Part shown: positions 29,298 through 39,058 of the stretch, one piece after another
How the letters are laid out: the number at the start of each line of letters is the position of its first letter
How positions within the stretch are numbered: position 1 is the first letter of the stretch
IMG/VR virus record: IMGVR_UViG_3300032053_007880
Coordinates: 3,740 to 67,739 of that record
Length of the DNA: 64,000 bases
Source: a virus
Direction: 5' to 3' (one strand)
Program-made: the position numbers and the translations under genes
Notes under the pieces: generated by a model
Databases searched by the model: none
The model's input: only the letters and a program-made list of their open reading frames with translations
Told to the model about the DNA's origin: nothing

Positions 29298-29552
29298 TTA
29301 CCTTCGTTCTGTTTGAGAGTTCTTCTTTTTGTATTCTTTTTGTAAGACCTCTGTTATTGTATCACAGATCTCGTAGACCTCTGTCGCAGAGGTGGCAGCA
29401 GACAAAATGGAATCCATGGCCTTGAAATGGCTCAAGAAATCCAATGCCTCCCCCATATCTCCTTGAAGTCTTTCGGTCAGACGAGAATTCAGAAATCTGA
29501 GATCTTCATCGGAAATCGAACTAACAAACTCTATTACCGTATTCTTGTTCAT
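29298..29552 (-). CDS. Hypothetical protein
   Basis: 84 aa ORF with GAGG RBS. Confidence 0.55.
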   Translation of the reverse strand: MNKNTVIEFVSSISDEDLRFLNSRLTERLQGDMGEALDFLSHFKAMDSILSAATSATEVYEICDTITEVLQKEYKKKNSQTERR

Positions 29553-29564
29553 GGTGTGCCTCGC

Positions 29565-29903
29565 ATGAAAATTCTAATTGCAGAAAAACTGGAACGACTG
29601 CTCCAGTCGAAATGGACCGAATTCTTAGACAGCCAACAGATAATGCGGCTATGCTTGGAATACGCCCGTAATACAGCGTACAAAACGCTGCAACAAAAGG
29701 AAATCCCCAAAGTGCAATTTCGTGCGTCTGTAACAAAATTTGTAGTCACAGAACCCCCATCGGAGTTTGAAATTTGGATTGAGTTCAGCATTCCAAAAGA
29801 CAATGGTGTCATAATTGGAACACACGTGCTGTCTTTAAGCTTGGCCGGAGAGGCAAAGCTTAAAGAATCACATGGTACTCACTTTGTGGTCGAAACTTCT
29901 TAA
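29565..29903 (+). CDS. Hypothetical protein
   Basis: Probable start MKILIAEK. Confidence 0.55.
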   Translation: MKILIAEKLERLLQSKWTEFLDSQQIMRLCLEYARNTAYKTLQQKEIPKVQFRASVTKFVVTEPPSEFEIWIEFSIPKDNGVIIGTHVLSLSLAGEAKLKESHGTHFVVETS

Positions 29904-30217
29904 ACAACATCCAGTGTGCGGACAAGAGTTCCGTTATCATCCAACACACGGTCTTCACAGATGATTGTATCGTCGCCATCTTGAAACTGCAAGCCTAGAT
30001 TGTAAGAATCCAACATTGTTGACCGGCCATCTTTTGAAGTGGCGACAACATAACAGTAATCTTCAACTTTCTTTAAGTCACCGTATTGGTCTTCTTGAGT
30101 AATTCCAATTTCGAGTGTGACTCCATCTGGCAGCATTAGTGAGACATAACCTCTTTCAATAAGCTGATGAATGATGAGATACTGAAGTTTGCTTGCTTTG
30201 GCATTAGCGTTTTTCAT
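29900..30217 (-). CDS. Hypothetical protein
   Basis: GAGGT RBS; ATAAATA upstream. Confidence 0.6.
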   Translation of the reverse strand: MKNANAKASKLQYLIIHQLIERGYVSLMLPDGVTLEIGITQEDQYGDLKKVEDYCYVVATSKDGRSTMLDSYNLGLQFQDGDDTIICEDRVLDDNGTLVRTLDVV

Positions 30218-30274
30218 TGTGCTTACCTCTCGATAAAACGACGTTGACAGTATTTATCCAGAAGCTACTTCAAA

Positions 30275-30775
30275 TCACAACAAATCTACAGAACCGGGGT
30301 GTAACAAATGAAAATCAAATCCTTCATAACTGGCCGGACGAGATTTCTTTCCCGGAGGCAAACGTCTTTCATTCGATGTTTTGGCAGCCCAACAATAGAC
30401 TTTTCTGTTGTTTCTAAAGAAATCTACATAAGACAAATACTTTTGTCCCATGAATAATCGTCCGACCTTGCAGACAATATTAAATGGAATGAATGGAATT
30501 TGAGGCGATTGAATTTGAATTGTTTCTAAAATATGACGTTCATAATCTGCCCTACTGAAACAAACTGATATTTCATAACCATCAACTTGAATAACTCTAT
30601 TTTTAAGACACAAAACTTTTTGTTCTTCTTCAAAAGAAACAACTGGGAAAGAATAAGGGATCAATTGATCAGCCATCGCCTTCATTGAATCAATAGAATT
30701 TTGTATCTCTGTGTTCATTTTGGGTATATACCCATCAGACACTCCACTTGTCTCCATACAAACTATCTTTGTCAT
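30275..30775 (-). CDS. Hypothetical protein
   Basis: 166 aa ORF overlapping the amidoligase end. Confidence 0.55.
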   Translation of the reverse strand: MTKIVCMETSGVSDGYIPKMNTEIQNSIDSMKAMADQLIPYSFPVVSFEEEQKVLCLKNRVIQVDGYEISVCFSRADYERHILETIQIQSPQIPFIPFNIVCKVGRLFMGQKYLSYVDFFRNNRKVYCWAAKTSNERRLPPGKKSRPASYEGFDFHLLHPGSVDLL

Positions 30776-31781
30776 ATTCCGCCCTCGTCAATGTTTTGTT
30801 TATCTCCAAAAATTGAGCACGATTTACTGCCCTGCCAGCATTAGACCAAATACCAGACAAATTTGTGTCATAACCATTTTTATTGATGCGATCCATAAAC
30901 CATTCTCGAACCTGTTGCATTCCCAAAGATAAAGATTGATCAAATTTCAACAATTTGTATACCTCTGGAAAATCAAGCCATGCTAATCCAGTTTTTTGAT
31001 CGCCCAAAATATACGGACGTGGAATTGGCTTGTCTTTAGTTACCTCAATGAAATGCAACAATAAACGAATCCAATTCTTGGTGAAATATGGATCGAGACA
31101 GGCAGTGTTCTCTGCAATTCTAAACTCCATTGTTAGTCTGCGGTCATTATCAAACGTAAATCCACCGCCACGAATAAAATGAAATGTGTTGATTGATCCA
31201 TACTTGGATGTGGCAACACGAGTTATGATATCCATAGGATTCATGTCAAACTCTGTGTCAAACCAATCTGTCATCCCTATCAACTGACAATAACGATTGT
31301 TCTTACGTTGAGAAGGCACAGAATCAAAAAACACATGCTCACACTTGATGTAATAAGCAATTACAGCCGCCAGTTGCTCTGGCTCCAAATCGCTTATAGA
31401 CGTGTGTACGTGCAAAGAACACAAATGATTAGCTTTGATCTTATCGTCTTTGGACATCGCTTCTATGACATGCAGAAGCCTTTGTAGGCCATGCCAGCCT
31501 TTGAATACAGGAGTGTTTATCTCCAACCCACAACTCATGTCGTGTTTCATGATCCAATCACTATTGTTGTGAACGTAATCCCATGAAGCAATTTTAACAT
31601 TGCCCCCAGAAGCCTTCCTAACAACGCAAGCTACATAATCTGCCCCATTCGGAATTTCTCCGGCATCTGGATCGGGTCTCTTAATAACCCCATTCAGTGT
31701 GTTGAGTTCGATTTCTACTCCGAACCTTCTTAAAGATCGGCATTCAAAAGGTCTGTCCATATATCTGTATTTTAAGTACAA
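30735..31781 (-). CDS. Putative amidoligase (COOH-NH2 ligase type 2)
   Basis: FGVEIEL, W..KHD.SC..EINTP, CSLHVH, R.NNRYC, KY.SIN, TMEFR. Confidence 0.82.
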   Translation of the reverse strand: MYLKYRYMDRPFECRSLRRFGVEIELNTLNGVIKRPDPDAGEIPNGADYVACVVRKASGGNVKIASWDYVHNNSDWIMKHDMSCGLEINTPVFKGWHGLQRLLHVIEAMSKDDKIKANHLCSLHVHTSISDLEPEQLAAVIAYYIKCEHVFFDSVPSQRKNNRYCQLIGMTDWFDTEFDMNPMDIITRVATSKYGSINTFHFIRGGGFTFDNDRRLTMEFRIAENTACLDPYFTKNWIRLLLHFIEVTKDKPIPRPYILGDQKTGLAWLDFPEVYKLLKFDQSLSLGMQQVREWFMDRINKNGYDTNLSGIWSNAGRAVNRAQFLEINKTLTRAEYDKDSLYGDKWSV

Positions 31782-31822
31782 TTGAATTATCAGTCAATCC
31801 GTTTCCGAGGAAGGAGCTAATT

Positions 31823-32287
31823 ATGGCTAATTGTTTGCTTGTAAAGACGCAAGACAAGAGAAGGTTTCTTGTCAATGAAAAGAACATGCCGTCTATAATC
31901 GAATATGTAAAAACTTTTCATGCAGAAGTTTATCTGGTGGAAGTCTTAAATGGAAAAGTTATCAATCTGTTGAAAAATTTGGCAGGGGCCATTTGCAACC
32001 CGGATTATGACACAGAAATGGAAATCAACATCATTGAAAGGATTTATCCAAGAAGTCGCCCTAGAAGCTCTATCTTAAAGAACGCAAAGAAGATAAGAGA
32101 GTTCATTCATTCCAGACTATCTAATGGAAAGCCGGTATCTTTGAAAGACTTGAAAAAGCGTTACAAAAATTGTGACATCACAAATGCTTGCTTGTGCAAC
32201 CATTTGTCAGCCGTAAGAAAGCAATTGGCTAGAAGCGGCAAAATCATCGAAAAAATCGGGCAGGGGAATTATTGTTTGGTAGAGTAA
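31823..32287 (+). CDS. Hypothetical protein, possible C-terminal winged helix
   Basis: AAGGAG RBS; basic C-terminal helices ending IEKIGQGNY. Confidence 0.6.
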   Translation: MANCLLVKTQDKRRFLVNEKNMPSIIEYVKTFHAEVYLVEVLNGKVINLLKNLAGAICNPDYDTEMEINIIERIYPRSRPRSSILKNAKKIREFIHSRLSNGKPVSLKDLKKRYKNCDITNACLCNHLSAVRKQLARSGKIIEKIGQGNYCLVE

Positions 32288-32580
32288 TAGATTCGATTTG
32301 TAATTGGTTTCGTGATCCACAGGAACACGACGCATCGGAGAACTCCTGCAATGAAACAAAAGATTTTATGTTCTCTGAACATGCAGACGAAATTATGGTC
32401 GATGGTCAAGGCATCGCTTTAAGAAGAGGAGACCAGACCAGATATTTCTCCCATCAAGAACTTGATGTCGTCCTATCAGAAATTACAGATGAAGATGTTC
32501 TTGGCTGGTTGCTTGAAAACGAAATAGGGCAGGTAGACAATCCTGACTACCTGCCCTATGATCGACGATCAGGATTTTAA
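32272..32580 (+). CDS. Hypothetical acidic protein
   Basis: 102 aa ORF. Confidence 0.5.
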   Translation: MFGRVIDSICNWFRDPQEHDASENSCNETKDFMFSEHADEIMVDGQGIALRRGDQTRYFSHQELDVVLSEITDEDVLGWLLENEIGQVDNPDYLPYDRRSGF

Positions 32581-32583
32581 TCC

Positions 32584-33825
32584 TTATTCATCATCTGCAT
32601 ACTCGTCGTAATTCTCTGACTCGTATGCGTTGCCGTCTGCATCAAACTTCACAGACTTCTCTCCGTACTCGCCACTTTCTGTGGCCATAATGCCACCGCC
32701 CCACCTGTCGAGGTATTCCTGAACCTCGGCTTCAGACTCAGCGTCAATCAGTTTTGGACAATCCAAAAGAACCTGCGTCGGAACTCTGTTCTCTGACTTC
32801 TTGGCTTTGAACTTGTACTCTGCTCGACCTTCAGGCAAATATGCCTCTGCCACAGAGTAAGTGCCCTTACCTGAGACTCTCGAACCTTCAATCAAACATG
32901 TCAATAAACCAGAAGTTGGATCAATCCCATCTTCCCAATACAATTTGACATCATTTGCTTCAACAAATGGCCGGAACGACCGATTCTTCGTGTTCTTAAC
33001 CTGCATGTTGATGCCAGAAAACGTCTCCCGCTCCTTTTGCTCGATCTTCTTTCTGGTTGAGCATCGGAATCTCAATGAAGAATAGAATCCCATTGCTTTT
33101 CCACCCGGTGTGATTTCTGGAGACCCATATAGCACGCCAATCTGATCACGAACCTGATTGATGATGTAAACAGTAACACCTCGTTCGGCAATCATGGCCT
33201 GCAACTTACGCATTTCTGTGCCGATCACCTTTGCACGTTCACCCGGCTGTTCATGACGACCAACAATCGTCTTCCAATCTGTGACACTGAAGTCCATTGG
33301 CAAATCATTCTCCCGCAATTCTCTTTCGCACGGAGGCACTGTCAATGAGTCAAAGACTACAAAAATTGGTTTTTGTTCTCGTCCTTTTTCCTTCTCGTAT
33401 TTGCGAATGCTAGTTGTGCTGACGTGGATCTGACGGAAAGCTCGCTCAAGCGACGGCGGCGTATACCGCACAACTTTCTTGGTATCCAAATGACTGGTCT
33501 TCTTCATGAAGTCAGCATTTGTTGCGTTTTCGCAGTCGAGAATAATTACCCACGCACCCATATTCTGGGCACCACGCATACAATTTGATGCGATCAAAGA
33601 CTTGCCAGAAGCAGGTGGGCCATACGCTTCTGTAATCTTGTCGCCCGGAATTCCGCCATGAATATACCTGCCGGAGCAGCCATAGTTAATGGAAAGATTG
33701 CCGGTGTCAATAAAAAATCCGACATCTTCGATATCCTCCAAGATGTCTCCGCCTGTGTTTGCCGCAATTGCGGCGTAATCTTCATCAGTGTCGATTACAT
33801 CGCTCACTACTTTTTTCTTAGCCAT
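32584..33825 (-). CDS. uvsX: RecA/UvsX recombinase
   Basis: FIDTG...GGIP..KITEAYGPPASGKS, LDCE, VFDSL, INQVR, PGGKAMGFYSS, KNR. Confidence 0.93.
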   Translation of the reverse strand: MAKKKVVSDVIDTDEDYAAIAANTGGDILEDIEDVGFFIDTGNLSINYGCSGRYIHGGIPGDKITEAYGPPASGKSLIASNCMRGAQNMGAWVIILDCENATNADFMKKTSHLDTKKVVRYTPPSLERAFRQIHVSTTSIRKYEKEKGREQKPIFVVFDSLTVPPCERELRENDLPMDFSVTDWKTIVGRHEQPGERAKVIGTEMRKLQAMIAERGVTVYIINQVRDQIGVLYGSPEITPGGKAMGFYSSLRFRCSTRKKIEQKERETFSGINMQVKNTKNRSFRPFVEANDVKLYWEDGIDPTSGLLTCLIEGSRVSGKGTYSVAEAYLPEGRAEYKFKAKKSENRVPTQVLLDCPKLIDAESEAEVQEYLDRWGGGIMATESGEYGEKSVKFDADGNAYESENYDEYADDE

Positions 33826-33886
33826 GGAATGTCCTCCTTAGTGCCGTGCCGTGCCAATGGAAGGCACAATAATAAACAAGCTGTAA

Positions 33887-33921
33887 CAAAAATGAGGGGC
33901 GGACAACGCTGTCCGCCCCTC
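33887..33921 (-). terminator. Terminator/attenuator between the SSB gene and uvsX
   Basis: 12-bp stem gaggggcggaca/tgtccgcccctc followed by AUUUUUGUU on minus strand. Confidence 0.75.
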
Positions 33922-33933
33922 TGAGAAAGGCGA

Positions 33934-34944
33934 TTACTTGCCTTCCATTTCCTTCAAAGCGTTGAAGAAGTCCTCATCTCCGATGGGGATGTCTTCAGTT
34001 GGCTTCGAGCTTGTTTCCGAGGCAACCGTTGTGGCTGCTGCTGACGGCACTCCTGCTGGGACAGACACGCCGCCCGGCTTGTGTTCCATCAACTCCCTCA
34101 CTTCTTCCGCAGCCTTCTTGCCCCACTTGGCATCAAAGCTGTTCGTGTCGAACTTCTCGACATCATCAGGAATCAAACCACGGTGAATGGCCAGTTCCTT
34201 CTCAAGAACTTCAAGTTCTTTCGGATTGCGAAGCTTCGTCAAGTCGTGCAGAGCTTCTGCCCACTTCTTGACTTCTTCTGGTGCTCCCGCTGGGGAAGTA
34301 GTGCGAGCAAATCCAGATCGCTCGTACTTAGGGAATCCGTCGCCGCTTGTGATTTCCTTACGAATAATGAAATCGTAGCCAGCCTTGAGATCTGTGAAGT
34401 TGCCGAGCTTCGAATCAGGATCACCATCTTCTCCAACGATGGCACGAATCAGTTGCTTGTGCAACGTCTTGCCAACGCTAAGAATGCGTGGTCCAACATT
34501 TGTAAGAACGGCACCACCTTCGCCCGGCATAGACCGAACAATGGCGTTGTAATAGTACCTTTCGACCGGCTTGATTTCACGAGCCTCGTTTTTCAACTTG
34601 TTGGCTTCGTTAACGTGACCGGCCTTTTCCAGCTTGTCGGCCTGTGCCCACAGTCCACTGTAATAATCACAGATTGGACAGGCAATGGTGCGTTCCCATT
34701 TGCCGTTGACGAGCGGACGTGGGCAGTGAATGCTCCGACCGTTCATCTTGTGGGTGCGATTGTACTGATAGAGCTTTCCGCCACGCACTGGTGGCAGAAT
34801 GCGTACTGAAACAGTACCGGTTTGACCGGGCTTAACGTCCGGCATTGGCACGAATTGGTCAAGAAAATTTGCCTGACCAGCTTCGTTGAGACGAGCGTCT
34901 TCGCCCATCATTTCTTCGAGATCGAGTGTTCCAAAATCTGACAT
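33934..34944 (-). CDS. T4 gp32-like single-stranded DNA-binding protein
   Basis: VRILPP, H..C...CPIC zinc site, RYYYN, GYDFII.K, FPKYE.S.F, acidic tail; adjacent to uvsX. Confidence 0.88.
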   Translation of the reverse strand: MSDFGTLDLEEMMGEDARLNEAGQANFLDQFVPMPDVKPGQTGTVSVRILPPVRGGKLYQYNRTHKMNGRSIHCPRPLVNGKWERTIACPICDYYSGLWAQADKLEKAGHVNEANKLKNEAREIKPVERYYYNAIVRSMPGEGGAVLTNVGPRILSVGKTLHKQLIRAIVGEDGDPDSKLGNFTDLKAGYDFIIRKEITSGDGFPKYERSGFARTTSPAGAPEEVKKWAEALHDLTKLRNPKELEVLEKELAIHRGLIPDDVEKFDTNSFDAKWGKKAAEEVRELMEHKPGGVSVPAGVPSAAATTVASETSSKPTEDIPIGDEDFFNALKEMEGK

Positions 34945-35043
34945 GGTAGTCTCCGTAAGTGAAAAGTAATCTGTAACACAGTTGTTTCAGATGGTTGTCT
35001 TATACTACTTTTCGAAAAACGGGTCAATGGACTTTAGCGGTCT

Positions 35044-35544
35044 TTAAGAATTTTCTGTAGATTCGCTTTGCGGAGCCTTTATTACAGAAACTTCCGCCAC
35101 ATCTTTCATTGGTCTGTTTACAGAAACTTTGCAATCCGCAGAGCCTCCTACGCCCATGTCAGACTGATTATCAAACATTCTACGAGCCGCTTCCATTTTT
35201 TCTTCCAGAGTAAAATACCCTTCGTTTTCAAGCTGCTCATTGATTTTTGCTTTCTGTTCCACTTCTCGATTGTACTCTGCCTCAAGTGCTTTAAGAATCA
35301 GAATATTCTTCTCTAATTGAGACAACGTGTCATCACTGGCTTCCAGCAATTCACGATCTCCCATGACTTGATCAAAATGTTCCAAGTCTCGTTGCAGTTT
35401 CTTGAGCCTCTTCTCACGACGCATTTCTTCTCTGGCCTCACGAACCGGAGCACGCAATACCTCACGTCTGACGAGAACTTGTTGTCGATTGCTCTTTTCA
35501 CGAGCTTTTCTCTTCTGCAATTTCCTCTGTTCTTTAGATGTCAT
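35044..35544 (-). CDS. Hypothetical coiled-coil protein
   Basis: Basic N-terminus, charged helices. Confidence 0.6.
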   Translation of the reverse strand: MTSKEQRKLQKRKAREKSNRQQVLVRREVLRAPVREAREEMRREKRLKKLQRDLEHFDQVMGDRELLEASDDTLSQLEKNILILKALEAEYNREVEQKAKINEQLENEGYFTLEEKMEAARRMFDNQSDMGVGGSADCKVSVNRPMKDVAEVSVIKAPQSESTENS

Positions 35545-35556
35545 GATCTTCCTTTC

Positions 35557-36483
35557 TTATTTCCTGTTAGGACGCAAATCTGGAACTTCAAACAATTCTT
35601 CTGGAATAGTCCCGTCATCTAACGGGATTCCAGCAGGAATATCCGCCTGAGTAGGCCGGTTAATTTGTTTATAAGGCTGCGGCTGTCTTTCTTCTGGGTG
35701 AGTTCCGATGGTAAGTTCGTTTTCGTGCATAAGCCTTGGTCTGGATTCTCTGCCTCTGCCATTTGATCCTGAAAACCCCAACTGTTCATCAGCGAACAAG
35801 CCCCTCCCTGCTACAGTAAAGTATTTTTCATCAAGAATCATCACTTTACCTTCATCATCCGTCAACGCAATCTCCTGAGCATCCAATCTAACGTCGCCAG
35901 AAGCTGTTTTCTTCGGAATGACAGCATGTACAGCATACTTACGATCTTCTGTAAATTTGAGCTTGTTCCTTCTGGCTTCATTGGCCCATTGTAGCGGCTC
36001 AAAATATACATGATAGACGGTTTTGTTTTGATTGATCTGTGGTCTTGGAGTCTTGGTAATTGGAACACGAGTGTTGCCATCATACAGATTCGATAAATCT
36101 GCTGGAGCTTGCTTCATTGCAATCATTTCATGCGGTTGCATTCCGGGAGGCACCATCAAACCCTGCTGTACTTCTTCAACTAAATCTTCAGCCAAAGCCT
36201 CAGCGGTACTCCCCAAGTGATACTTTTTGTTCTTTAAGATAATTCCACGTCCATCCGCAGACTCCTTAAAGTTGATTTCACTTTTTACAAGTTCGTAGAC
36301 TTTAACGTCTACGACCCAAACATCTCGACGAGCCATCTGGGCCATAATCGCCGCAGCACATTTCTCCAAAGGAGTGTCATCAAAAGGCTTACCGACTTTT
36401 ACAGTCTTCTCTTCTTTTGAGTCCGTGTTGTAACCACCATCTTCCTTACGTGGGTGGAACGTATACTTAATTTCGAATCCCAT
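35557..36483 (-). CDS. Hypothetical protein
   Basis: 308 aa ORF with AGGAG RBS. Confidence 0.65.
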   Translation of the reverse strand: MGFEIKYTFHPRKEDGGYNTDSKEEKTVKVGKPFDDTPLEKCAAAIMAQMARRDVWVVDVKVYELVKSEINFKESADGRGIILKNKKYHLGSTAEALAEDLVEEVQQGLMVPPGMQPHEMIAMKQAPADLSNLYDGNTRVPITKTPRPQINQNKTVYHVYFEPLQWANEARRNKLKFTEDRKYAVHAVIPKKTASGDVRLDAQEIALTDDEGKVMILDEKYFTVAGRGLFADEQLGFSGSNGRGRESRPRLMHENELTIGTHPEERQPQPYKQINRPTQADIPAGIPLDDGTIPEELFEVPDLRPNRK

Positions 36484-36494
36484 TTTTTCTCCTG

Positions 36495-37109
36495 TTACCT
36501 TTGTACGATGCCTACACCATAACGAGTATTGAAAATCACCGGTTTACGGTTTTTTACCCTACAAAACTCGTGAAAGACATCATGTGCTGTTATATAGTCT
36601 GCGACTAATAATCCTTCAGGCTTCAAAAATTTCCATAAGAAACTCAGATGTTTCAAATATCTCTCTTCCCCAAAATTTTCTGTAAGAAACCCAAGATCGA
36701 ATCCAACAAAGTCTTTTGTGTGTGGAGTTTCCAATATGCCGTCGCTAAGTCCCATATATCCAATTGGACCTCCCGGAGTAGCGTTGTCACAATGCTTTGT
36801 GTGAAGTTTAAGATTTGATTCAATGATGCGAGCAGATAGATCTCTGTCTTGATCCATGGCTAACCATTGTTCTACTGTTTTACATGATGTAAGAAAACAA
36901 GCTCCAACTAGGCCCAGTTTGGCCCCAATCTGATAAACAACCTTGGGTGTTAGTTGTTTGCCCAAATGATAGTAGAATGGCATATAATTGAAGTCTTGGT
37001 AGTCTCCTGCATTCCTAGAAGATTCATCCAACAGTTTTGTCCCAGCCAACAAATTCTGTGGCGACATCAATCCAAGCTCAAGTTGTCTACGAATAAGTTC
37101 TGCGTCCAT
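36495..37109 (-). CDS. Degenerate class I methyltransferase-like protein
   Basis: VYQIGAKLG motif-I-like; FLKPEGLLVADY. Confidence 0.55.
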   Translation of the reverse strand: MDAELIRRQLELGLMSPQNLLAGTKLLDESSRNAGDYQDFNYMPFYYHLGKQLTPKVVYQIGAKLGLVGACFLTSCKTVEQWLAMDQDRDLSARIIESNLKLHTKHCDNATPGGPIGYMGLSDGILETPHTKDFVGFDLGFLTENFGEERYLKHLSFLWKFLKPEGLLVADYITAHDVFHEFCRVKNRKPVIFNTRYGVGIVQR

Positions 37110-37111
37110 AT

Positions 37112-37156
37112 AAACAAAAAGAGTGTGACAGATGAATAAACTTCTGCCACACTCTT
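37112..37156 (-). terminator. Rho-independent terminator immediately upstream of ORF 37109
   Basis: 14-bp stem AAGAGUGUGGCAGA/UCUGUCACACUCUU followed by UUUGUUU. Confidence 0.75.
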
Positions 37157-37157
37157 A

Positions 37158-37254
37158 GATGGAGGTGTTTCGTGAGCCTCATACCCACAAGTCGCTTTTT
37201 AGCAACTTAGCCGCAGTGATGCTTAATTCTTGTCAATCAGGCACCCACTCCATC
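37158..37254 (-). ncRNA. Candidate ~100-nt four-way-junction RNA
   Basis: Closing GAUGGAG/CUCCAUC, internal UGAU/AUCA, AAGUUGCU/AGCGACUU, GUGGGU/GCUCAC; G-U pairs favour minus strand. Confidence 0.5.
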
Positions 37255-37329
37255 CACAATACAATAGTAGGAACCACATGATTTTAATTCATATTGTGTT
37301 TTTTGTGCAAATTTCTTATAGATAGTTTT

Positions 37330-38112
37330 ATGGCAACTTTCAAAGAATTCATTGAAGCGACGGGCGTAATCCGTCAAGATTTCAGCCATTTGTCTAAAGA
37401 TGAAAGATTGAAACAGGGCAAAGATATAGGAGAGAAATTCATTAAGAATGAACTCCTTAAACATGGTATCAGAATTGTTACTGTTGAAAACAAACAATCA
37501 CTAGACACCAAATTGAAGATTGATGGATACCTCAATGGAAATCCCAGTGAACCAGTTCAGCTAAAACTAAGAAAAACAGGCGTAGGTGGTGATGACATCG
37601 CTTATGAACTTGTATTAGGCTTTGATCCAAGAATGCCTGTATTTGATCAACTCAAAAATCCGCATACTCAAGGACGTGATTACAAAGGCCAAACTGTAAA
37701 ACACTACTTTGTACTGAATCAGGATGAAACTCAAATCTACCATGTGCCTGCCGAAATGTTAAAATCAGCCGCCATGGAGGCCGTCACTGAATCTGGAGGA
37801 ATAATCAACAGAGCCTTCAAATCCAAGAACGGAGTTGAGCTAAGACCAACAACGGACAACAGTTCCGGGATTGGAAAATTGATGGCCTTCATCCCAGCAG
37901 GAAGAGTTGCCAAAGAAACCTATCAAGTTGGACAAGGACAAATCCAGCCGACATTCGGAGCGAACTCTGGTCCGCACACATCAATGTCTAAGAAAGATTT
38001 CAATATAGCTGCTGCCGATGAAAGACTTAAAGCATTGCAAGCCAAACAGAAAGCAGACAATGAATTACGCAAACGCAACCAACCGCCTCAAGCTGGAGTC
38101 GCTACTTCATAA
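37330..38112 (+). CDS. Putative PD-(D/E)XK nuclease-like protein with capsid-targeting-like N-terminus
   Basis: Starts MATFKEFIEA with ATAGATA 5 nt upstream; GEKFI...D..LKIDG...VQLKLR. Confidence 0.55.
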   Translation: MATFKEFIEATGVIRQDFSHLSKDERLKQGKDIGEKFIKNELLKHGIRIVTVENKQSLDTKLKIDGYLNGNPSEPVQLKLRKTGVGGDDIAYELVLGFDPRMPVFDQLKNPHTQGRDYKGQTVKHYFVLNQDETQIYHVPAEMLKSAAMEAVTESGGIINRAFKSKNGVELRPTTDNSSGIGKLMAFIPAGRVAKETYQVGQGQIQPTFGANSGPHTSMSKKDFNIAAADERLKALQAKQKADNELRKRNQPPQAGVATS

Positions 38113-38537
38113 TGCGTATTCAAGATAGTTCTGTAGACAGCCATATTTGGCGTCTTCCTCTCGAACCAATAATTGTCTGATCCGTTCCCATGATAGATGT
38201 GCTCAATCGCAGCCGCTACGGCTGGAGATCGTGACATGCCAGCGTGGCAATGGATCATAAAGCATTCAACCTGTGGCCACATCTCAGCCACGAAATCCAA
38301 AATTTGCTGTGCCTTTGCTTTATCAAAGATCAACTCTGGAGGCGTTGTTGGTCTGGGGAAATCAATGTCCTCAAATGCCATTTGAAGTAAACCCACCCTG
38401 TTTTCTTTCGACAACACAGGGTGAGTTCCTATATCTGTAGTTATACTGATGGCTGCCCACGGAACATCACATCTATGATCACGAGCTTGTGAAAGCGTCT
38501 TGACCTCGATGCACTTCCTGTTATCTTTTGTAACCAT
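38088..38537 (-). CDS. Protein tyrosine / dual-specificity phosphatase-like protein
   Basis: IHCHAGMSRS (CX5R), FEDID acid loop, PN. Confidence 0.88.
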   Translation of the reverse strand: MVTKDNRKCIEVKTLSQARDHRCDVPWAAISITTDIGTHPVLSKENRVGLLQMAFEDIDFPRPTTPPELIFDKAKAQQILDFVAEMWPQVECFMIHCHAGMSRSPAVAAAIEHIYHGNGSDNYWFERKTPNMAVYRTILNTHYEVATPA

Positions 38538-39012
38538 TAAATTTTCTTTCTACCAGTTCCTGAAATCCTCTGGCTGACTTACTCAGTCCAGTTCTGACTG
38601 CCACTGGTTTGACATTCTTAACTTTTGCAAAAAGCTCTATTGTAATTGCAGTTCCATTGCCATCTGGTTCAATCGTCACTTTAGTTGTTTGATCTTCGAT
38701 CAAACCTTCGTGAACTTCAACCAATGCAGAATTGTAGTTGACCTTCTGACCATTTTCTTCCACTGTTTCACGAACTGTGAATTCCATAAGACCACGTGGA
38801 GTGTCTTGTCTTAGTCTGACCTTTTCACCGTCCTGAGAAACGATTTCACTACCAGTTGATCTGGCAACTTCCTTGGGGTTATCTTTGAGCCATTTTGCTA
38901 CAACATCTGGTTTGGCTCTGACTGTAAATTCTTTTGTGTGATGAGACTCTCCAGCAAACAAAGAAGCTGACAATCCAAAAACTGCAACAACTGCGGCTAT
39001 TACTATTTTCAT
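38521..39012 (-). CDS. Secreted SRPBCC/START-fold-like protein
   Basis: Signal peptide (SLFA-G); V.A.PD.V..W and IEPDGNGTAITI patterns. Confidence 0.5.
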   Translation of the reverse strand: MKIVIAAVVAVFGLSASLFAGESHHTKEFTVRAKPDVVAKWLKDNPKEVARSTGSEIVSQDGEKVRLRQDTPRGLMEFTVRETVEENGQKVNYNSALVEVHEGLIEDQTTKVTIEPDGNGTAITIELFAKVKNVKPVAVRTGLSKSARGFQELVERKFNGYKR

Positions 39013-39028
39013 GTGTCTGTTACCTGTG

Positions 39029-39058
39029 ATTATAAACGAGAAGAGACCAACCTGTCAA
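39029..39058 (-). promoter_or_regulatory. Consensus sigma70 promoter
   Basis: TTGACA-N18-TATAAT upstream of ORF 39012. Confidence 0.75.

Noticed and set aside
34081-34809. 242-aa plus-strand ORF
   Set aside because: Antisense shadow of the gp32-like gene.
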